This document shows, one piece after another, positions 1-14,284 of a stretch of 64,000 nucleotides of DNA (its first letter is position 1; each line of letters opens with the position of its first letter). Both the position numbers and the translations under genes were made by a program. Origin of the DNA: Octopus bimaculoides (taxonomy: Eukaryota); assembly GCF_001194135.2 (NCBI RefSeq), contig NC_068998.1:12831770-12895769 (forward strand). Reading direction: 5' to 3'. The notes beneath the pieces were generated by a model. That model was not told the DNA's origin. It was given only the letters and a program-made list of their open reading frames with translations, and did not search any database.

Positions 1-1141
1 TCTTCAGGCAAGTTATGACTGAAGAATTGATGGAATATATACATATATAGACTGACTCAATCAAAATAAAGATATTGATTTCAAATTTTAGCATAAGGCC
101 AGAAATGTTGTGGGGTGGGGAGATAAGTCAATTATATTGACTCCAGTATTCAGCTGGTACTTATTGTATTTAACCTGAAATACAATAAGCATGCTAATGA
201 TTCTACCCACTTGCCACTGTCCCCAAAATAAAAATAGTGTTGATTGTAAACAGAATGAGTACTTGACACTATAGTAGAGATTAACAATAAGTGGAAGTGT
301 GTGTGTGTGAGAGACATTGAAAAGACAGCTGTATTGAAAACGCATTCATGAAACCTGTGCTTTATATTCTAAATATATCTCATGTAATTTCCCAAGACTA
401 ATACAATTTGTTATATTCAAACACCAACTTAGGTGTCCTACAAGTGTCACGCTTTAAGAGAAAAAAAAAAAACATAAAAACATGCAGTGTACAAAAATTT
501 GTTTTTTTTTTTCAACAATAAATATTTGTCTAAAAATAACATTGTGTAAAGTTTCCTGTTTTAAGATTCACAATGACACACATTTTTGAGCTTTCATTTA
601 CTATTCAACTCAACAATCAAACCAAGTAATTATATAACAACTGTATATGTTAGAGGTGTCTCTCCCTTTTTATAAAATTAATGACATTATATAAAATATT
701 AATTGCTTTACATTTCCTAATGGTCTTTTAGTTCTTGAAAGACTGGTAGAGATAGGGGTGGTTTGGTGAATAAAAATCTGATTTCTTACATTGGCACAAA
801 ACCTCATACTAGGGCAATTTTTATAGATAATGATATCAAACTCAGTGCTAGGTTTGTACATTATCTTACCTACCTTAGAAATATGGAAGTCAAAAGTAAA
901 CTTTCATCTTTCTATGGTAGGATTTCAGCATGTGGAGAGAGTGGATAAAATGGGATTATCAGGTGTGGATCTTGGAAGGGACTGTGCTACCGTGGGCAAT
1001 GCTAGCTGGACACAAGCCGATGCTTATTTTATCTCTTCAACAACACACCACCTTAGCTTTATGTTCTTCATGTAGAAGTCACTCTTGGGAGATATTCCAT
1101 GTCACCATATATGTGTGTGTGTGTGTGTGTGTACAGAAGGT

Positions 1142-1470
1142 GTGTGGCTTAGTGATTAGGCTCATGATCAGAAGGTGGTGAGTTCAATTCCTGTTTGACA
1201 TGTTGTACCCTTGAGCAAGACACTTTATTTTACATTCCTCCAGTCCACTCTGCTGGCAAAAATGAGTAGTATCTGTATTTCAAAGGGCCATCCTTGTTAC
1301 ACTCTGTGTCACGCTGTATCTCCCTGAGAGCTGTGTTAAGGGTTAGAATATCTGTGGAGTACCCAGGCACTTGCATGTTAATTTCATGAGTGGAATGTTC
1401 TGTTGATCAGATCATCTGGAACCCATGTCGTTGTAACTGACTGAGTGCCAGCTTGTGAACATGACTGTGG
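1142..1470 (+). mobile_element. tRNA-derived SINE
   Basis: A/B-box-like head (tggcttagtg...gagttcaattcc) and a body shared with copies at about 4030-4325 (-) and 46470-46790 (+). Confidence 0.75.
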
Positions 1471-3674
1471 TTTGTGCAGAATTTCACATGTGTGAGCACT
1501 CATATGTAAGATATATGGTTTGTTTATTGTAAACGATTTGCTGATGTCCATAAGTGAATATTTTTTTGACTTTGAAAAAGAGAACGGAATGTAACATTCA
1601 TTATTTGTATTAATGGGGGGTCTCAATGAGAGTTTGAATTATTTGATATTATGGCAGTTTTTATTTACTTTTATTTTCATTTTTTCCACATTTCTGTTTA
1701 TAATTACAGAAAAATATGTCTGTTCACTTGTTAATATTTCATGACCAGCACCAAATTAATAACTTTGTTTTTTTTTTCTTACTTTCTTTTTGTACATTTA
1801 TTTGTATTGTTTTAAAGGATGGTATATAGATAAGTAGCACGGGTTAGATAGATGGGTTTGCTGATTTGGAATTGTTATTTTAATTTGCCCAGCACTTAAA
1901 TAATGAGAAAAACAGTGAGAAACAGACGTGTTAATAGTATGGCGATTTCATTTTTAAATGTAGAATTTTAACAGTGGAATGTGGAGAAACTATCAATTGA
2001 AAGGAGAACTCAAGTGGAGAGAGTAACAATTGGCATTCTAAGCATTTGCTTGTGTTGTATCACTCCCTCGTTAAAACCAGTGCACAGCTCAAAAATATCA
2101 TAGAGAATTAATTAACTGCTTTTGATTCCAACCTGCCAGACACTGGCTTTAGGTTTAGGATACAAAATTGTCTGTTTTAATATGTTCTTTTATCTTTTAT
2201 TTTTTACTTGTTCCAGTCATTGGAATGCAGCCATGCTGGAGCATTGCCTCGAAGGGTTTAGTCAAATAAATTGAGTAGTTATTTTTTTAAAGCCTGGTAC
2301 TTATTTTGGTTTCTTTTTTCTGAACCACTAAATTATGGGGATGTAACAAACCAACACCGGTTATCAAGCAGTTGTAGGGGACAAACACAAACACATGTAT
2401 ATATGTGTGTTTGTGTTTGTGTGTGTGTGTGTGTGTGTGAGGAGTCATAAAAACGGAAAAAGTTTGTTAAGTCTTTAGGCTTACATTTTTGTGCCTACAT
2501 TTTTGCGTCCTTTAAGGTTCCACATGTGTGTACATTGCTTCAATTAGATGAATGGAGCGATAAGTGGGGAAAATGACAGAACGATGTGATTGAGAAACAA
2601 ACTTGTTACCACATGGCCATGCCTCTACAATGTTCTTATTCAAATTAAAAACCGCTGTAATGTTTTGTGTAGAAATATTTCATTAGGATTGTGCCTAAAC
2701 TTGGATTACTACAAGCAACACTCAAGACATTATGAAAAAACATTGTTGAGGTAATGTAACATTATCAAATGAAAGACAATGCTTTTCAGGTTCAAATTTC
2801 TCTATAAATAAAGAACACAAAAATATAAAACTAGCACAAGAGAGAGCTAATGAAACTATTCATCTATAAGTCCTGATTTATTTAAAATTAATTGGCTGTT
2901 GGCAACATAAAGTCTTGGGAGTTTTGTGTGTGTGTGTGTAAATATATGTAAATGTATATATATTTATATATGTACATATGTGTAAATATGTATGTGTGTG
3001 TGTGTGTGTAAGTCTTTGAAATGATTTTTTAAAAAATAAGATTGTATGATTATTTTTTAAAAGTATTAAACTCAAATTTATTGATAAAATGTATAATATC
3101 TTTTTTTAATTTTTACATCTACATTATACTTTGATATTTTGGATTCCTCATTGTAATCAAGTGTTTTGTTCCTCTCAGTGATATATTCACAGACTGGATT
3201 CAAATATAAAGATTTATTTATAAAATGCAATACCGTACTTTCCCACATGTACAACATACTCCAGTGACCTACTGGAGAACAGTATGATTATCTTTGGTTT
3301 GCAAATAAAGGTTCCAAGTTTAAATCCAGTCTGGGACTATGTATACAACAAGTAATAAAACACATGATAATGATTAGTTATCAAACTGATCAAAGCTTAA
3401 ATGTAAATATCAAATGTTTTTCATTTCCAAAGATGATATTAATAGTCTACGAAAATACAGTCTTATTTATCTTGTCTGTGTTATGGCCGTAAAACCAGAA
3501 ATACATAACAATCTTTATGCGTGCTTTATGATTTTGTTAATATTTATTTCATGCTCTCAGACTTTGGTGGTATTTATTTTTAAAAATGTAAAATAAATAT
3601 TGATTTTTATATATTAGCATAATTTAATAATTTATTTCAAATGCTAATTTACTTTATTTTTCTATTATAGGAAA

Positions 3675-3881
3675 ATGGGTATTGCAAATGACCTCCAAGG
3701 GAGGTCATCACATGAGGCACTCATTCGTCTGTTAGATGAAGAACTTAGCCTTATGGAGACCATGAAAAAGTGTATGGCCATTCGAGTTGAAGGTGATCGG
3801 AAATATGTGGATATGCTCTCTAACTTTCTACAAGCCGCTCAGAAAATAGGAACAGTGGAATTTCAAACATCAATATATCGA
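3675..3881 (+). CDS. FER: FER/FES kinase coding exon 1 (F-BAR N-terminus), 207 nt, ends phase 0
   Basis: Acceptor ttctattatag|3671, ATG 3675, donor CGA|gtaagt. MGIANDLQGRSSHEALIRLLDEELSLMETMKKCMAIRVEGDRKY resembles the FER N-terminus ([32 protein letters not shown], recalled). The acceptor implies an upstream non-coding exon that I did not locate. Confidence 0.93.
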
Positions 3882-4029
3882 GTAAGTAACTAATTCTTTT
3901 AAAATATCTTAAACCTTTGTTTTTATAATTAACTTTTTCTATTTAAAACATAAAAATAGAATGAAATTTGAAAAGGCTTTTATATAAGTTTTCTGTTAGC
4001 TGGCACTCTGTCAGTTGTAATGACAAATG

Positions 4030-4325
4030 TTCCAGATGATCTGATTAATGGAACAACCTGCTTGTGAAATTAACATGCAAGTGGCTGAGCACTCCACAGA
4101 CACATGTACCCTTAATGTAGTTCTCAGGAAGATTCAGCATGACACAGAGTGTGACAAGGCTGGCCCTTTGAAATACAGGTACGATTCATTTTTGCCAGCT
4201 GAGTGGACTGGAGCAACGTGAAATGAAATACCTTGCTCAAGGACAGAATGCGTTGCTGGTAATTGAACTCATGACCTTGTAATCATGAGCCAAATACCCT
4301 AACCACTATGCTACACACCCACCTT
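4030..4325 (-). mobile_element. tRNA-derived SINE (same family as 1142-1470)
   Basis: Reverse complement of ttgagcaag...ccagtccactc...gctggcaaaaatga...ttcaaagggcca...catgttaatttca. Confidence 0.75.
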
Positions 4326-7300
4326 CACACATAAGTTCTCTACTGTAGTACGGGCCAAATGAGTAACTTCTCTTATGGACATACTGTGTTGAAAACAATG
4401 AATATTGAAGGGGGATGAAAATTAACCCCAGTCAGAACACCAGATTCATTTTGGCCCTTTGGGGCTTTTTCAATGCAGTATTCTTGCAGTCAGTCACTTG
4501 CTTGCATAAGAATTTGTTGCCTCTGATATAAATAAAAAATTAAATAAAGTATTCATTGATGTTGTGAATTGGCCACCCAGCTGATTTTTTTTGCAATTGA
4601 GGCAGTTGTTTGTGTTTCTCTTTTTTTGTGTGTGTTTACGAAGTATAGAAGGTAATTTTATACTATATTCTCTTTAGTGAAGTTATTAAAATTTGAAGCA
4701 CAAATGATACAGTTAGTAATATGATGTTGAAATGCTTAAAAAAAAAAAAACAATGTAACAATACGATTTTAACTATTAATACAGTCTTATGTTTCACTAG
4801 CCGGAAAAACTACCTGAATACATTTCAGTTGTAATTGGCAAATGTTGTAGAATGGCAGTAAGCTTACTAAATTAAGTCCAAGCCATAACCTAGATTCACT
4901 TGATGGTTGTTAGGAATACAGCTCACATGCTGAAGCAAGCTGGTGCTGATTAATCCAAATGCATTTTCATACTCAGATTTCATTGCTTGACATCTTGGAG
5001 TGCAACTTCCCTGGACTGATAAACAGGAAGCCTTTATTTTGAACTTGACTTTGTGCAGTGTACTAGTGTAATACGTTGTATATGAGATTTATGTGTCTTA
5101 TACTAGAGTCATATGTGAAGGTTAGCCTAGTTTACAATGTCCCTCTCTTTTCTAGTTCATTTGAACAGTCTGTAATTAATAATTCATTAATGCTAATGTG
5201 GCTAGCTGACAGTCATTAGCATGCTAGGCAAAATACCTAGCAGCATTTCGTACATTTTTACCTTCTGGGTTCACATTCTGCCAAGGTTGACTTTGCCTTT
5301 CATCCTTTGGAGGTCAATGAAATAAATACCAGTTGAATACTGGGGTCAATGTAATAAATTACCCCACCCCTGAAATTGTTAGCCTTGCATTAAAAATTGA
5401 AGCCAATAATTCGTTAAAGCTTTCCGCCCACACATCACATTAATTCACCCTTCCCACACCCCAAGAGCCAAACTACATCTCATTGTAAACTATGCTTGTC
5501 TCACACCCTTCCCTTTGTTCCTGCAGCCCAATTCTATCTTGCTGTCTCTCTCTCTCTCTCTTGTCTCCCCCCTTGCTAAACTGTATCATTGCTATCTCAC
5601 TGCTTGCCTCCCCCACCAACTTACTCACCCCATATATGTCTATATATATATACATACACACACACACACACCTGTGTTATTACTCACTGCAATCCCTTCC
5701 CTTCTATCTGCCTCTCTCCTTTTTGCACTTTTTGAGCTCTCTGAACACTCACCCTGTCTAGTCCTCTTTACCACTTCACCTTCACTTACATTCACCTCCC
5801 TATCTTTCTGTACCTTGAGGGTACACCCAGGGCCGTCACTAAGCCCTTGCAACCCCTGCAGTCGCAGGGAGCCTCCACAGTTGAGGAGCCCCATGTTAAG
5901 ATCAGAGTACGTAGATTAGTCATCTATTTACTTTGGTTAAGATGTTGAACAAGAATTAAACTATCTATCTATGTTAACTGAAAATTTCACAAAATAAAAT
6001 AGTAATACATTGTACTCACAAAAGTTCTTGTAAAAACATTACCTTGTACTACAAACGTGTACCAAACTTTGTGGATTGTCTATGATATACATTGAACACA
6101 AACTTAGCTCTCAGCTTGTTTATTCTGAACTGATCGATGATTTCACAAAGCGAAAAGTGCACTGTGTTTGTCTTTGAAAGTTGCCTGGATTATGAAAGTG
6201 CTCTTTTATTCATATCTGGAAGTTTTACTTATTGAAATTTGTAATAGACCTAAATAAATTTAACTTATACTTTTAAAGATGTTCTTTAGGATAACGTGAA
6301 ATATGAAAGGATGGGGCCCTCGAAACAAAATGTTGTAGGGGGCTTCTAAAAGTCACACAACAGAACTGGGTACACCCTGACACATTTTCACCACCATTAC
6401 TTCTGTCTCTCTCTCTGTTTCTGTTTCTGTGTCTGTCTGTCTGTCTGTCTCTGTCTGTCTGTCTGTCTCTCTCCTCCAACTGGGATAGCCATGTATCTCC
6501 TCTGCAGCATGACACCTGTTTTTGTTCTTCTATCATAGTTTAACCTCTTGTCACTTGACACAAAGCTACCTTCCTTAATACGACTTCCCCAACTCAGTTG
6601 AGGAGTCTGTGTCTTGCAAGATTTGGTGAACTTGCTGGTGTTGAAGCCATGTAAAGTGCACCCAATACACTCTGTAAAGTCATCTGTGTTAAGAGGGGCA
6701 TTTGACCCTAGAAACCTTGCCAAAGCCGACAGTTGAGTTTTCCAGCTCCCGTCAAATTGTCCATGTCAGCATGGAAAACGGACATCAAAATAGTGAAGAT
6801 GCTTTACACTATAGAAAGTTACTATAATTTGTAAATAAAAGTTCATATTCATATAAAAGGATAAAGACCCCCTTCAGTTGAAGAATGACTATGGGATTAC
6901 ACCTAGAAAGTTCCCCTCCGAGGCACAAGTCTGGGCAAGGTTGTTTTTATAGACGATCATCTGTTGCCCATGCACACCAGCCTCCCCTCTCCACACCACC
7001 AATGTTATGCAAGGGAAAGGCAAAGGCTGATACAGCTTGGTGCCGGTGATATTGCAACTCATTTCTATAGCTGATTGAACTGGAACAACACGAAATGAAG
7101 TGTCTTGCTCAAGAACACAACACGCAGCCCAGTCCAGGAACTGAACTCACTACCTCATGTTTGTGAGCCCGACACCCTAACCACTGAGCCATGCACCTTC
7201 AAGATAACAAGGAGAATAACAGCTTCAACTATTATTGTAGTTAACATAGTATATATGTTATTATAGCAGGTACCATAATAGCTCTCAGGTATATTCCAGG

Positions 7301-8147
7301 TTTCGGTTTACTGCATCAAGTAGTAATAGACATCAGTGGTAGCTTAGTATAAGCAATCCTGCTGTAATTCTTCTGATGGGTAACTTTGAGTTCACTTTGC
7401 TGGGTTATGAATATTATCAGGAATGTGAATTTCAAACAATTACCAAAAATACGGAGACTGGGACATCTTCAAATTTTTCTTTTAATATTCCAGTTGGTCA
7501 TACAGTATAGTTAGTTGGTTCTAATTATACTGTATGATCAACTCTGAAGATCCACCAGTCTCTGAATTCTTTGTAATACACATGCTCGCACACATACACA
7601 CATATCACTGAAAAAGCAGATAAATTGGTATTTATTCTGCTTGAGTTTCACAAGACTTGCTTGTCATTCTCATCATTGGAAATGGAGTTAATCAGTAATT
7701 AACCTGTTGGAAATCAATAAACAACTACACTATTGTTCATAAAATTCATGATGTAAAAATAAATAAATAAATGAATAACCAACACAGATTGTATTGTAGT
7801 CATTTCCTGAAATAAATTTCAATAAGTGCAATGTTATGATGTGCTTCGAATCTGTTAATTCTTCATATATATCCAAAGTGTGCATATGTGTGTATGTGGG
7901 GTGGGGTGGGGGAGTGATGGTGGAAGAATGATTCAAACGATATTGATATTGTAAGCAGAAAAAGGATTATCAACTGCCAGTATGCAAACTATTGACAAAC
8001 GTTCAAAATATTGCTGTTGATTGTCTCATTTGCATAATACAATGTTAGATTACCATAATACTTTATGGATTAATTCATTGGAACTTGTGTCTGAATAATA
8101 ACCTTTTAACAGGATTAGTTCTAACGGCAATAGTTATGTTAGTACTG

Positions 8148-8371
8148 TATGAAGGAGTGCAAAAAAGTTCCTGGCTTCGGATAAAAGAAAATACACAAGG
8201 ATCAGTTAATTGTGATCTTATTCAACATATTCCCCTCTCAGATTCACACACTTATTGCAGTGGCCCTTCGGTTTTTCTAAGCCCTGTAAAAGAACTTGGA
8301 AAGTTGGGCCTCCAACCAGGCTTTTCGCAATACCCTTAAAGTCAGGAACTTTTCAGCACACACCCCTTATA
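8148..8371. mobile_element. Tc1/mariner-type MITE, about 220 bp
   Basis: TIRs gtgcaaaaaagttcctggctt ... aaagtcaggaacttttcagcac with TA flanks; second copy at 9439-9657. Confidence 0.8.
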
Positions 8372-8910
8372 CATTCAAATCTAGGATCACTATTGTTTCC
8401 GTCTACCATATCCTTTCACAATCAGTTCAAAAGAATGCAAATGGATAAGCATTATATTTGACTAAGTATTCTGAATGCTAAAGAGTTAAGAGGCATAATT
8501 AATTTTAACAACTCCTTTACTTAATTGGGAGTTTATTTTACTGACATTAGAAAAATGAAAAGCAAAATTTTTGTTGGTAGTATTTAAACTCAGAAAGTTT
8601 CTGTTTGCCCCAAGGTATTTTTGATGTTCTAGTGTTCCTGCCAATTCATCATCATTGAAATATTAAAACATTTTGCATCTCTGAATATGAGATTAATAGT
8701 CTGAAATATTTATAATTGTATTAACAATAACTTATTATCTCAGGCATTTAGATATTTTATCAAGCAGTATTTGTTCTTTTATCTCTATTTACCCTCCTCC
8801 ACCTCATGTGCTTTTGTTATTTCTGATCTTTTTTTTTTTATCTTATTTTATTTATTTTTTTTTTTTTACCTTTTTCTATATAAATTATGCTGCCAACTTT
8901 ATATTTCCAG

Positions 8911-9084
8911 GCATGGAACTGTATTATTGAAGAAACAGAGAAACTTGTAAATCATGTCAGAAAAAATGTCGATGAACTCAGCTCAAAAACATTAAAAGCT
9001 TTGGGAAATTTGATACTGGAGAAGAAATCAGCTAAGAAGTCTTACATAGAAGAAAGGATCTATCTTGATGAAGAATTACTGAAG
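8911..9084 (+). CDS. FER: FER exon 2 (F-BAR), 174 nt, phase 0-0
   Basis: tatttccag|GCATGG...GAAG|gtaaat; AWNCIIEETEKLVNHVRKNVDELSSKTLKALGNLILEKKSAKKSYIEERIYLDEELLK. Confidence 0.92.
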
Positions 9085-9438
9085 GTAAATTTCTAATCAT
9101 TAGAGTGTTTTTAAATATTCTACCATTTTGATTTCTAAATTTGATATCAGTTTGAGGAAGGGATGTCCTTTAATGTAGTCGTATCTCTCTTGATCTATGT
9201 AAACCCCACCTGTTTTTGTTTATTTGGTGGGTTGATACCAACGACCCCAGAACTTGACTAGTATTCTATTTTATCAACTCTAAAAGGGTGAAAGGCAAAG
9301 TAAACTTCAGTGAGATTTGAACTCAGAACATAATGAGCAGTTAGAATTGGTAGAATTTTAAAATTTTTCTTTAGACCCTATCAGGATTCAACTTTGCCTT
9401 TCACTGTACCAGTTTAGTGCTGATCTGATGTAACCAAC

Positions 9439-9657
9439 TACAAGGGGTGCTGGAAAGTTCCTGGCTTTGGGTAAAAGAAAATACAAGAGGTCTGTTAACT
9501 ATGATTTTATTCAACATATTCCCTTCTCAGATTCACATACTTATTGCAGTGGTCCTTCAGTTTTTCTAAGCCCTGTAAAAGAACTTGGAAGGTTGGGCCT
9601 CCAACCAGGCCTTTTGCGATACCCTTAAAGCCAGGAATTTTTCAGCAAACCCTCATA
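9439..9657. mobile_element. Tc1/mariner-type MITE, second copy
   Basis: tacaaggggtgctggaaagttcctggcttt ... aaagccaggaatttttcagcaaaccctcata; body closely similar to 8148-8371. Confidence 0.8.
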
Positions 9658-11281
9658 CATTCTCCCACTAAATTTGTAGCCTTGTACCTATATTAGAAAT
9701 CATTATTTTCTACTGTTAGATTTATTATTAAATTTAGCCTATCATACTTTAGGTATTGTTATTATACTGCCAAGTAAATCTAATGCTATGGTAGTACAAG
9801 CTTCTTCATTATTTTTTTTTTTCAGTCAAAACTAATACAATTGATTTACTGTATAGAGTAATTATAGCTTGGAAAAAAATCCTGCTGTTTGGTGTATCAA
9901 TAAATAATTAATATACCTCTGAAAAATCCTAGAATACTATGATGATTACAATTGATTAACAGAATTATGTTTTACGCATGATTAGCTTTCCTCTTCAGGC
10001 ACAGACAATACTTCAGACCCCCATCAATGGCAAACTTTCTTCAAAGCTCACTTGGGACCCACTGTCTATCTGGTTGGGTGACTTGCCTGGACTAGCACAA
10101 CTCTTCCATGCCAGTCGTCTTTTGCAGTCTTGATATCCCTAACTTGATATCCTCTGTCTTCCACAAGTTGATTGATGCTTGCTCTTCTTGATCTGCCAAC
10201 ACTTGTATGTCCATGCATGAGTTTTCAGAGAAGGAGAAGGAGAAGGCAATCACCAGTGGGAATCACAATGAAGTAACACTGCTCCATATTTGGTACAATG
10301 CTGCTGCTACATCCACAGATATTCTGGAATGCATCAAAGGAAAAGCCGCTTGAATTTTTGGTATGAAAACAATCACCAGCACATTCCAGCCTCAGGCCCA
10401 CAAATATGTTGTCTCCCCAGTCTGTTGTTTTTATCATTACTGTAGTGGCCTCTTCTCCTCAGATTTAGCTGGCTTTGTGACACCTCCATTCAGACACTCT
10501 CAACTCATTCATCCATCTTTTTTCTTATCCTTAATATTGTGTTCACCTTCCTTCCCCCTTGAAGACCCTGCAATAAACAGCATGTCCAGTCTATCCTCAT
10601 CAGAATGTTGTTCCTATGGAATTCTCACAATACTCGTGTTTTTCTGCATTTGTCTGCTTGTAACTATTCAAGAAGAACCTTCACTGCATCAATGGTTTTG
10701 GAAAGCCTGTGTATGCTATGGGTCCAATTACTTCTTCATAGCCAATTCAATTCTATTAATAAAATAAAAATCTACCTTTCTATTGTAATAAGGAACCCAC
10801 AATATGAAGGACTTGGGGATTGAGAAGAAAAATTCTGTGGACTCCGCTTGATATTGAAGATGTTAATGATAATGATGATATAATACTTTTTGGCTTTATG
10901 TCGTTCAGCCTGCTAGAAGCAGCAGTGAATGAAATCTCTATCAGATTTCACCCTACCACCTTAAATAAAGAAAAAATGCATTAGATATTTAGTTCCAGAT
11001 ATATGAAGACCTGCAGAATGAAAAAAATCCCTTACTTGAAAACCAGTAAGGGCTGGCAATGGGTAGGGCATCGAGATATAGAATACTGATTGAACGAGTC
11101 ACTCACAGCCCATGCCAGGATAGAAAAACTGGGTTTAAAAATGATGATGATAATGGTGATAATATTATTTGTTTAAAAATGGTTTATTTCAACATTAAAA
11201 CCTTATTGTTATATTCCCCATCTTGCTTTTTTTTCTCAACTGATTTTTTTCATATTTTTTTTTCTTTGACTCTTTTTGTAG

Positions 11282-11378
11282 ATCCAAGATGATGTGAACA
11301 AACAGGAAAATGACTACACAAGAGTACTTGATAAGTTCAAAGTTGACAAAGCCAGATACGATGATTTATGTGCAAAAG
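11282..11378 (+). CDS. FER: FER exon 3 (F-BAR), 97 nt, phase 0-1
   Basis: ctttttgtag|ATCCAA...AAAG|gtaagt; IQDDVNKQENDYTRVLDKFKVDKARYDDLCAK. Confidence 0.9.
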
Positions 11379-11504
11379 GTAAGTTTAATTTCTTTTGTTA
11401 TGTGTGCTTGATGTTTTCCCTTAATGAAACTACAGACAAAAATCTTTGAAATTATAAAAATATTTCTTCTAGCCTTAATTACTAAGTATCCTTTTGTGTA
11501 GTCA

Positions 11505-11560
11505 GGTTGGTTGGTTGGTTGGTTGGTTGGTTGGTTGGTTGGCTGGTTGGTTGGTTGGTT
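11505..11560. repeat. (GGTT)n microsatellite
   Basis: Read directly from the sequence. Confidence 0.95.
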
Positions 11561-12384
11561 ACTAAGTGGTAAATGACAAAATGTTGCTCATAGTGCAATA
11601 TTGTCTCTTAACTTCTACAGTGCAACTTATGTTCAGTCTGCTGGTGGACAACAGATGATTAAGAGAAATCTACACTTTTTATGACATACATACGTGTTAT
11701 TTGCAGCACCTACTTTGACACTATAATAACAAATTTATGTGCATCCATTCAGGTTTTTTTTTTTAAATAATTTTTAGTTTAATGAATCGGCTCCAATACT
11801 TATTTTTTTTTTTAGACCTGGTATTTATTCGACTGGTCTCTTTTACCGAGTCTGATATCATAATTTGATAACATTACTATTTAGTATTACATGATAGCCT
11901 TACTATTTTTTTTTTTTTGTATTATAAAACAAGTATTCAATATAATAATATGTGAACATTCATCTTTGGAATTATTACATGGTATGATTATTGTTTGGTA
12001 TTATACTGTGATAGCATTACTATTAGGTCCTATAATAAGTTACGTGGACATAAACACACCAACACCTGTTGTCACGTGGTGGTGGGTGACGAAGACAAAC
12101 ACACACCTTGCACACATGCATATATACGTATATACAATGAGCTTCTTTCAGTTTCTCTACCAAATGCACTCACAAGATCTTGGCCAGCCTGAGGCTATAT
12201 TGAAAGATACTTGCCCGTGGTGCCATGCAATGGCATTGAACCCAAAACCATGTGGCTGGGAAGGAAACTTCTTACCACACAGCCATGCCTGCACATGTCA
12301 ACTCTAATTCAAATTTTTTTTTTTTTTTTTGTAATATCTAAATTTTTAATTTAATTTCTTAACTCCACTCCTCTTTGTTTACAG

Positions 12385-12574
12385 GAAAAATTAAGAAAAT
12401 TGAAGATGCTAAGTCCCACTACCTTCGAACAACATCCAAACTGCACAAACTACACAATGAATATATCATTGCAATTAAAGTAGCTTCATTACACCAGAAT
12501 GATTATCTTGTCAAACTTCTCCCTTCATTTCTGACACACCATGAAGAAACACACATTGGTCTCACCGAAGGATG
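12385..12574 (+). CDS. FER: FER exon 4 (F-BAR), 190 nt, phase 1-2
   Basis: ctttgtttacag|GAAAAA...GATG|gtaaga; GKIKKIEDAKSHYLRTTSKLHKLHNEYIIAIKVASLHQNDYLVKLLPSFL, containing the FER-like KLHxLHNEY motif. Confidence 0.92.
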
Positions 12575-13457
12575 GTAAGATTCTGTTTTTTAAGCAATCT
12601 AATTTATTTAACTACATTATTACCTCTCTAGTATTACATCTTTAGGTAGTATCATATGGCATATACTACTATTAGATATTCTGTAGGTAACATTGCTACT
12701 TTGTATTGTAATGTGTGACAATATTACTATTTAGTATCATGCATGATGTTATAACATTACTGTTTTTTGTTATCATATGATGACATGATAGTCTGATATC
12801 ATAATTTGATAACATTACTATTTAGAGATGTGACTGATGGTTTGGGGGTAAGTAATGGTCTGCATTGATGGCAGGAAGAAAATTGATGAATAATTAATAC
12901 TAGTTTTTATTAATTTGGTCTAATTAAGTTATTACTGATTATTATTCCAACATTAATTTAAGTCAGTCCTTGATATGAGTTTGATTGCCTATAATAACCA
13001 CTTTAACCCACATTTCTCATGATTTTCAAACAAAGCAGTAATATGACAATATTTAAATAGAATTTCAGTCTAGCAGACCTATGATTGAAGATATTCCAAC
13101 CATAATCATCCTACATTTTTTTTTTGTATCTAGAATTTTAGTATTCAATGTAGTATTCCTTTTTGAAGATGGTAGGATGTAATTTAAAGTATATACATTT
13201 GTTATTTCCAGCAGGTCAAACAGCTGTGTAAAAACTCCTTTATTGGCTCCATTTTTAAAAGGCATAACATAAATAGGCATAACTCTTTCATAATTCTGTT
13301 TAATTGAAAATCTGCCAAACTGAAAATAGTTGTTTTTCATATTTCATCATATTTCATGGTTGGGTAGTTAGTCCTTGGAAAGGCATTCAACTGTAACAAC
13401 AATTAAACTAGCATTAGGTAACTGTCTAAACTTCAAACTAAAATTTTGGCTCTTTAA

Positions 13458-13676
13458 CCCTTTAGTATTTAAACCGGCCATATCTGGTCCAGATATTCCA
13501 CATGTTTTCTATTCAAACTGGTGATATCTTTCCTCTCACACCTAACCTACATTGACATTCTAAAAATAAACAATCGCATCATTGAAACCTCAAAGCTATA
13601 AGATAATGCATGATTAATTCAAAACAATTTGAGTGAAAAGTATTACATTTAACAGAGTAATCTGAACATTAAAGGG
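13458..13676. mobile_element. piggyBac-type MITE
   Basis: TTAA|CCCTTTAG ... TTAAAGGG|TTAA (TTAA target duplication, CCC termini); related reverse copy at about 45095-45430. Confidence 0.75.
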
Positions 13677-14146
13677 TTAAACTATGATCTCAACATGGAA
13701 AAGTTAATACAAACCCTGCTTATTTTTAAATAATATACTAGTATATCAATATGATGTTGGTTATCAATAAAGATATGCATAGAGTTATATAAAATATGCT
13801 TAATAAGCTTTTATTTAGTTTGGGTCTTATGGTTAAACCACAAGGCTTTCAACAGTTTGGAAGGAGAATTGAACTGGCTTGATTCATTTTCCTTAAGACA
13901 TCAGGTATTGCTTGCCTCTATTTAGTCAGAGGTAAGCCATCTCTGAAAACCTTTTGGATAGACAAAGCTAGGTGGTTTGATCCTCATTTCACAAGACTAG
14001 GTTTTATTAAAATACATATTTATGACTTTGTGTACATATTATTGACTATTTTTTCTAGTTTATTTTGTAAATATCAGTTATAATGTTATTAATTATTTTG
14101 TAATTCTTTTAATAAAATCTTGTACTATTTTCTTTTCTTTTTTTAG

Positions 14147-14284
14147 GAAATACATTTTGTCTCAGTACACTCAACTGACAGATCTGACCATGTCAAAACC
14201 CAGTTCCCCAACAAGTATAATATCCAAGAGTGTTAATAATATTGAACCAGACCAATATTTCCAGGACTTTGTTGCCAAACATAA
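14147..14284 (+). CDS. FER: FER exon 5, 138 nt, phase 2-2
   Basis: tcttttttttag|GAAATAC...CATAA|gtaagc; KYILSQYTQLTDLTMSKPSSPTSIISKSVNNIEPDQYFQDFVAKH; phases match the neighbouring exons. Confidence 0.88.
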
